From: an uncultured Anaerolineales bacterium
GTDB lineage: Bacteria > Chloroflexota > Anaerolineae > Epilineales > Epilineaceae
DNA: 36,976 bases
Direction of reading: 5' to 3'
NCBI GenBank assembly: GCA_964475075.1
Contig: CAYYVH010000002.1
Span: 1-36,976, forward strand
Below, piece by piece: positions 32,554 through 36,976 of this stretch. The translations under genes were made by a program, and so were the position numbers. Under the pieces are notes generated by a model. It worked only from the letters and a program-made list of their open reading frames with translations. It was not told the origin of the DNA and ran no database searches. Numbering within the stretch: position 1 is the stretch's first letter; every line of letters starts with the position of its first letter.

Positions 32554-32934
32554 ATGAACGCAACGAAACCAACCGGCCAGGCCGCTCCAGTCAGCGTCGA
32601 CGATCGCCGCAGCACCCACTCGCCCACGTTCGACGACCTGCTCAGGTGCCCCGCGCTCCGAGACGCGATCCTCCGCGCGGAGCGATCCCACAGGGGGCAG
32701 CGCGTCGAGTTCGTCCTCGATGCCGAGCTGGACGACTCGACTGTCTACGTTATCCTCGATCACCTCCTAGGCCTCGGCGCGAGGTGGGTCTATGACGTGG
32801 CGACGGTGGCGTCTGTCCACGTCGCCGTCAGCTTCCTTCGCTCTCGCGTCTCCGACTATTCCACGCTGATTGTGTGGGCGCTCGACGATCCCCAAATTAC
32901 CCTCCAGCGCATCGAGCGGGAGGTGCGGCCATGA
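32554..32934 (+). CDS. Hypothetical protein, first gene of the rightward operon
   Basis: 126 aa with a strong Shine-Dalgarno (AAGGAG). I recognise no motif. Confidence 0.6.
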   Translation: MNATKPTGQAAPVSVDDRRSTHSPTFDDLLRCPALRDAILRAERSHRGQRVEFVLDAELDDSTVYVILDHLLGLGARWVYDVATVASVHVAVSFLRSRVSDYSTLIVWALDDPQITLQRIEREVRP

Positions 32935-33395
32935 TGCGCCCATTTGATCACCCCATCTACCTGGAGCGCCAGCAGAAGATCCGGTGCCACCTCCGAGCGC
33001 TTCAGCAGCCTCAGCCTCTGTCAGCGCAGCAGCTCGACGAGCAACCCCTCGACGATCCGCACTGGAGCAGTCGAGAGGACGACCTGCCGGAGCTGCTCCC
33101 GCCGATCCTGTCTCCACGCGACGAGGTGTATCAGGCCCTCTCCGTGTGGTGGCGACACGAGCAGTCACGCCGAGAGTTGCTGCGCGGCCAGGCGCTCTGG
33201 TCTCGTGAGGAGTGGGACCACTACCACGCGAGAGATGCGAGCCTGCGGGCGATGCAGGCCTCCACAGTGTACGAGCTGAGCAGCGCAGCGCGAGCGTATC
33301 TCCGCGTCCACCCGCTCCTCCACCTCTCTGGCGTCGTGATCTGGGTGGGTGCCGACGGATCAGTCCAGGCTGCCCCCTGTGTGGATCTGCTGTGA
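32931..33395 (+). CDS. Hypothetical protein
   Basis: 154 aa from ATG 32931, with an ATGA overlap and a GGGAGG Shine-Dalgarno. The track start 32874 lies inside the upstream gene. Confidence 0.55.
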   Translation: MMRPFDHPIYLERQQKIRCHLRALQQPQPLSAQQLDEQPLDDPHWSSREDDLPELLPPILSPRDEVYQALSVWWRHEQSRRELLRGQALWSREEWDHYHARDASLRAMQASTVYELSSAARAYLRVHPLLHLSGVVIWVGADGSVQAAPCVDLL

Positions 33396-33461
33396 GCGAT
33401 ATCCGACCGCAATAAATCTTTACCCACCCCCTCTGCTTGGGGTGCCGATATCGAGGCTGAA

Positions 33462-33893
33462 ATGAAATACTGCCCACACTGTGGTCTGGATCTGAGCCTG
33501 AGAACCTGCCCCCATTGTGCCGCCGAGGTGCAGCCAGACTGGTCCTTCTGCGTCGACTGCGGAGGCTCGATCGACGACGATCCGAGTGAGCCTGTCGAGG
33601 AGAGCGAGGCACCGCCAGCCAAACAGTTCTCCGCCACGACGGTGATGTTGGGCTCCGAGCAGAGAGAGAAGCTCGAATACCAGATCCTTGGGACCGGCCA
33701 AAGTATGGGGCGGTTCCTCGGCGACCTCTGCCTCAAGATGCGAGAGGCTGGCTCGGTGCCGCCTCCTGTGGGGATGATGGGGAGCGCCGACGCGGCCCCC
33801 AAAATCAAAGTGCCCACCGACGTCTACGAGTGGATCAGAGCAAACACCACCAACCTGAGCGGGTCCATCAGGGCCGCACTGGAGGAGTTATGA
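33462..33893 (+). CDS. Double zinc-ribbon protein with two ribbon-helix-helix-like segments (candidate DNA-binding regulator)
   Basis: 143 aa. The N-terminal zinc ribbon is CPHCG-x8-CPHC-x10-CVDCG. Two RHH-like patterns follow: TVMLGSEQREKLEYQILGTGQSMGRFLGDL and KIKVPTDVYEWIRANTTNLSGSIRAALEEL. Confidence 0.55.
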   Translation: MKYCPHCGLDLSLRTCPHCAAEVQPDWSFCVDCGGSIDDDPSEPVEESEAPPAKQFSATTVMLGSEQREKLEYQILGTGQSMGRFLGDLCLKMREAGSVPPPVGMMGSADAAPKIKVPTDVYEWIRANTTNLSGSIRAALEEL

Positions 33894-34438
33894 GCCAGGA
33901 AAAGCTGATCATCCTACCAGAAGATGAGCGCGCCGCGACCTATCGCACCGATATTTGCGGCTGGGTGAGTCGTGGCGGTCGATTCTTCGGAGAACAGGGG
34001 GAAGAGCCCGCGCGATGGGAGGGAAGCACACATCACAAGTGCTCATATTGTGACGAGATCATCCCAAAAACCCCATATTCGGCGTGTCCGAGCTGTCGCC
34101 CAAGCCGTCTCTCTAGGAGACATGCAGAGAGGGAGCGTCGGGCCTGGGACGGAGAGAGCCCGATTTACTCCGAGAGTGAGGATGAATTTTTCTACGACTT
34201 CGAGGAGGTTGAGGAGTTTTGCTTCGAGCACGAGTGCGCGGCTGATGATCTGCTTTTGCTCCTCTGTGAGCCTATTTCTCTGCCCGAGATCGAGCCTGAC
34301 CTCTTCGATCTTCCTGAAGATGTCGAGCTCCCTGCTGAAATCCAGGCGAAGGTTGACGAGCTAAACGCCATGCTACGAAGCTGCGCGCCTCTCGCGTGGG
34401 AGCCTATCGGCTACGCTGTCGAGCTGGAGGAGTTATGA
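33890..34438 (+). CDS. Hypothetical protein with a C4 zinc motif and an acidic C-terminal half
   Basis: 182 aa from ATG 33890 (the GGAGGAGTTATGAGC junction). It contains CSYC-x13-CPSC. Confidence 0.55.
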   Translation: MSQEKLIILPEDERAATYRTDICGWVSRGGRFFGEQGEEPARWEGSTHHKCSYCDEIIPKTPYSACPSCRPSRLSRRHAERERRAWDGESPIYSESEDEFFYDFEEVEEFCFEHECAADDLLLLLCEPISLPEIEPDLFDLPEDVELPAEIQAKVDELNAMLRSCAPLAWEPIGYAVELEEL

Positions 34439-35001
34439 GCACGAGTCTGGTTCTCAACCCATGCGCCACGACAGCAGAGCGGCTCTCCGCCGAGCTGACC
34501 GTCTCTCAGGCCGTGAGGCTGTGCGACCCAATCATGGGACAGGGCTACCAGGAGGCGGTGGCCTCCTGGGCGAAATGGCTCGTGATTCAACGGCATAGCC
34601 ATAGCGTAAAAGCCAGCGACGCGCTGGCGCTAGGGAACGCGCGCAGGGTGGCGAGGGACTGGATGGTTATGAGCACAGAGGAAGGCGACGTCCGCTGGAG
34701 GCTCACCAGGACTCGATTCTACGCCAAATGGTGCCCCAAAGGCTCCTCCTTCGGGGACGAGAAATTCTATGCGCGCACGACGCTAGATACCCTGCACCAC
34801 AACACCGGTCATCGCCTGAGGCTGGGCCTGATCACGCTGCTTCGCGCGTGTGAAGACAAGGCGACGCACGAAGAGCAGATCGCCTACGCGCGAGAGCTTC
34901 TCGCGGAGGGACACATGGGGGCGGCCGAGATCTTCGCCATGCGCAACAGGGCCAATCCTCTGATCGGGCAATACGTCCGGCAACACCTGGAGGCCAGCTA
35001 G
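34435..35001 (+). CDS. Hypothetical protein
   Basis: 188 aa from ATG 34435, with the same GGAGGAGTTATGAGC junction as the previous gene. Confidence 0.55.
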   Translation: MSTSLVLNPCATTAERLSAELTVSQAVRLCDPIMGQGYQEAVASWAKWLVIQRHSHSVKASDALALGNARRVARDWMVMSTEEGDVRWRLTRTRFYAKWCPKGSSFGDEKFYARTTLDTLHHNTGHRLRLGLITLLRACEDKATHEEQIAYARELLAEGHMGAAEIFAMRNRANPLIGQYVRQHLEAS

Positions 35002-35003
35002 CC

Positions 35004-35204
35004 ATGATCTCTGATCCAGTTGTACAAATCCCGCTTCCTGGCATCCTTTCGGAGACGGTTCGCAAATTCCTAATGCACGATGATCAAAGCGTATATTATG
35101 ATTGCTATGAGATAGACGATCACGATCAGATCTTGCGTCGCTGGAGAGAGGAGCTTTGCTCTCTTGTTGAGTTTTGCGGTTGGGAAGCCGATAAGGATGG
35201 GTAG
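35004..35204 (+). CDS. Small acidic protein in a visibly low-GC segment
   Basis: 66 aa and D/E-rich. Its base composition is clearly more AT-rich than the flanking genes. It is the last gene of the rightward operon. Confidence 0.5.
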   Translation: MISDPVVQIPLPGILSETVRKFLMHDDQSVYYDCYEIDDHDQILRRWREELCSLVEFCGWEADKDG

Positions 35205-35218
35205 GGGCCCACCTACCC
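35199..35218. terminator. Hairpin between convergent genes (possible bidirectional terminator)
   Basis: GGGTAGG (35199-35205) pairs with CCTACCC (35212-35218) around a 6-nt loop. It overlaps both stop codons and has no U-tract. Confidence 0.35.
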
Positions 35219-35665
35219 CACCCGCTCGACCCGGTAGATCCCCACGTCGAGTCGGTCCTCCTCCGCCAGCCTCCGCATGACCTCCAGATCCAAGCTCCCC
35301 CTCTCCTCAGCCGATGCCAGAAAATCGACCTGGATTATCCCCGCCGCCAGACAGGCGAGGTGCAGGGGCAGAGCCCCTGCTACCACACGACCCTCGATGT
35401 CACGAGCCGAGGCGTGGGCGAGCTGCCGCGTGTGCTCGTTAGCCAGCTCGATATCGCGGAGAAACGTGAGCAGGTCTGGGTTGCGACTGACCACGATGTC
35501 GGCGATCTCCTCCGCTCGCGCCTCTGCGACCAGGCGCTCCAGCGCCGCCGAGATCCCCCCAGGTTGCGCGCGCAGCCAGCGGGACGATGCCCCGCTGACC
35601 GTCGCGTGGAGGTGGGCGGTGTCCTTGCGGGGCCGTCCAACCCCGCGTTTTTTTGTGCTGCTCAT
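35213..35665 (-). CDS. Ribbon-helix-helix DNA-binding protein with a basic N-terminal arm
   Basis: 150 aa. KKRGVGRPRK is followed by the RHH-like segment HLHATVSGASSRWLRAQPGGISAALERLVAEA, then a C-terminal domain of about 90 aa with unknown function. Confidence 0.5.
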   Translation of the reverse strand: MSSTKKRGVGRPRKDTAHLHATVSGASSRWLRAQPGGISAALERLVAEARAEEIADIVVSRNPDLLTFLRDIELANEHTRQLAHASARDIEGRVVAGALPLHLACLAAGIIQVDFLASAEERGSLDLEVMRRLAEEDRLDVGIYRVERVG

Positions 35666-35877
35666 GGAGCGTCGTCCACTACGACGCCCAGGAGGGTGTC
35701 CATGCGGCGCGACTTATTCCCCATGCACTCGATGGCCTCGGAGCCCACGCCATAAACGGAAGCTTCGGGGCCGCTTTCCATAAACAGGACTAGCCCTTGC
35801 GGGCCCAGCCACTTGTCCTCGGTGGAGAGGTATGGCCTCTCCACATCACTCTCTGCCACGAATCTCAGGTCACGCAT
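35662..35877 (-). CDS. Small hypothetical protein, translationally coupled to the RHH gene
   Basis: 71 aa, with a GAGGAGA Shine-Dalgarno and an ATGA overlap with 35213-35665. Confidence 0.5.
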   Translation of the reverse strand: MRDLRFVAESDVERPYLSTEDKWLGPQGLVLFMESGPEASVYGVGSEAIECMGNKSRRMDTLLGVVVDDAP

Positions 35878-35991
35878 CTCTTATCTCCTCTGCCCTTGCG
35901 GGCTCTTTGCGGCACCATCGCCGCTCACAATCCCCGCGCCCGACTCGAACGGGCCGCCTGCCTACAGGGGCGGGAGGGGGGGTGGGGTGGG
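35878..35991 (-). other. Structured 114-nt intergenic region with four consecutive hairpins, including a tRNA T-arm-like element
   Basis: The minus-strand hairpins are CCGCC..GGCGG, GCCCG-TTCGAGT-CGGGC (35954-35938), GCGGC-GATGGT-GCCGC and GCCC-GCAA-GGGC. Confidence 0.5.
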
Positions 35992-36222
35992 TCAATAATC
36001 CTCGTCCAGCACCCACTCCCCGTCCTGAGTGTCCCACTTTTCATTCTCGTCTGAGATGAAGCCCTGCCAGCCAGAATCACGAGCCTTTCCCCAATCTTCG
36101 AGCTTCTCTGGATCAGGAAAGCCCAACCCGTCCCAGGTGACTGGGGTTCCGTCGAGATACCCGATGGCGGAGCCGCCGTTGGCGTGGTTCATTGCGACGA
36201 TTTCAACCAGTGATTCGCTCAT
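35992..36222 (-). CDS. Small acidic, tryptophan-rich protein
   Basis: 76 aa from ATG 36222, with a GGGAGA Shine-Dalgarno. Its initiation region is nearly identical to that of gene 36307-36690. ATG 36255 or the track start 36282 cannot be excluded. Confidence 0.5.
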   Translation of the reverse strand: MSESLVEIVAMNHANGGSAIGYLDGTPVTWDGLGFPDPEKLEDWGKARDSGWQGFISDENEKWDTQDGEWVLDEDY

Positions 36223-36306
36223 CGTCTTTTCTCCCGTCTTCTTGGCGCTCCCCATGAGCGCCTCACACCCAGCCGGGGGCACGATCCCCGGTGCTGCCTA
36301 TCTGGG

Positions 36307-36690
36307 TTAGTCGACCACGTAGCAGGCACGTCCGTCCACCTCGATAACCCCGGCGCCGCCGTCATGCTCGGCTGCCTCTTTGGATGCCTTGAGTTCAGCG
36401 GGGGAGGCCACGCGGATGAAATCGCCGGAGCGGTAGTCGTGGAGGGAGGGTGGGGAGAGCTTGACCAGCTTCTTCCCCAGCAAACAAGCAGGCTGCCCCT
36501 GGAACTGGAGGGAGCCATCCGCATCCATCGTGTAATCCACGTCACACTCCACCTCCCACTCCAACTTCGTGTAGAGGAGATAGCCCTCCTCGGGGCCGTC
36601 GGATCCCGGGAAGGCCATGACCAGGATATCCTCGCCGCCTTCGCCGGTGGTGTCTACGATCTTGTGAGTGGCTTTGAATTGTTCGCTCAT
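36307..36690 (-). CDS. Hypothetical protein, first gene of the short leftward operon
   Basis: 127 aa, with a GGGAGA Shine-Dalgarno. It lies directly downstream of the AT-rich non-coding region. Confidence 0.55.
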   Translation of the reverse strand: MSEQFKATHKIVDTTGEGGEDILVMAFPGSDGPEEGYLLYTKLEWEVECDVDYTMDADGSLQFQGQPACLLGKKLVKLSPPSLHDYRSGDFIRVASPAELKASKEAAEHDGGAGVIEVDGRACYVVD

Positions 36691-36921
36691 CGTTTTTATC
36701 TCCCGTGTTGCTCGGCGTCATTGCCTCGACGAGAGATAATATAGCGCATGTTTTTGTATTTTGCAGAACTTTTTTACATAGAATTAACAAGTGCAAATAA
36801 ACACAAGTCTTTTTAGCGGTCAACTCGATGGCATTACGTGACGGTTGCACAGTGATTTACAGTGGCTATACAGAGAATAAAACGAGCAGGGGGGTGATCT
36901 CTGACGAGATCAGGAGATCAT
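36691..36921. promoter_or_regulatory. AT-rich non-coding control region (continues into nt 1-67 across the circular junction)
   Basis: This is the only long AT-rich non-coding stretch in the genome. A candidate minus-strand promoter is CTGCAA-N17-TATATT, with the -10 at 36743-36738. It lies between the end of the lysis cassette and the short leftward operon. Confidence 0.4.
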
Positions 36922-36934
36922 GATCGGGAGATCA
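36895..36934. repeat. Cluster of GATC-containing heptamers (TGATCTC / GAGATCA)
   Basis: TGATCTC is at 36895-36901. GAGATCA is at 36906-36912, 36914-36920 and 36928-36934. An extra GATC lies at 36922-36925. The first two heptamers form a 7-bp inverted repeat with a 4-nt spacer. Confidence 0.85.
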
Positions 36935-36976
36935 CGGCATGGTTTGCAAGAAAAACTATAGTGGAAACATAGACGT
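36922..36976. repeat. Terminal overlap, copy 2 (identical to 1-55)
   Basis: 55/55 identity with the start of the window. Confidence 0.95.

Noticed and set aside
35931-35975. A complete tRNA gene on the minus strand
   Set aside because: Only a T-arm-like hairpin and an acceptor-like heptamer are present. The 46 nt between the upstream stop codon and the T-stem cannot form D and anticodon arms, and the required 5' acceptor complement (TCCCCGC) is absent. It is kept only as a tRNA-like fragment in the findings.

Overview
The window is a complete, circularly closed genome of a high-GC dsDNA tailed phage. Nt 1-55 are identical to nt 36922-36976, so the unique length is 36,921 bp. All functional calls rest on motifs, size and gene order read by eye; no homology search was run.

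The genes form three tightly packed transcription units.

(1) A leftward gene train of about 32 kb runs from 32409 down to 68. It starts at a Cro-like HTH gene and continues through:
- a replication/recombination block: RecT-like annealase, AEP primase fused to a VirE-type P-loop domain, an iteron-filled gene, Dam-family N6-adenine methyltransferase and DEDD exonuclease;
- a run of small zinc-ribbon and winged-helix proteins;
- TerS and TerL, then a Mu-like head module: portal, MuF-like, MuG-like, scaffold and major capsid;
- a siphovirus-type tail module: major tail protein, G/GT chaperones with a lambda-identical G GGA AAG -1 slippery site, an 816-aa tape measure, tip proteins and a LamG-like fibre protein;
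- a lysis cassette ending in an M15 peptidase endolysin.

(2) A rightward six-gene operon of unknown function (32554-35204) starts from a mirror-image divergent promoter pair.

(3) A short leftward four-gene operon (36690-35213) lies next to the only AT-rich non-coding region.

About twenty gene junctions are 4-nt ATGA-type overlaps.

The points most worth following up are:
- a dense GGTTGAAC iteron array (candidate origin) embedded in a coding sequence just after the primase gene;
- a 17-cysteine lipoprotein gene inserted in the head module, with its own terminator;
- an identical EWMEDD C-terminal tail, carried on a 21-nt direct repeat, on TerS and the following protein;
- strong GATC enrichment, together with the phage Dam-like methyltransferase and a TGATC-heptamer cluster;
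- paralogous HTH plus FCS/TRASH-like zinc proteins;
- a lysogeny-style genetic switch with no recognisable integrase, transposase or partition gene.
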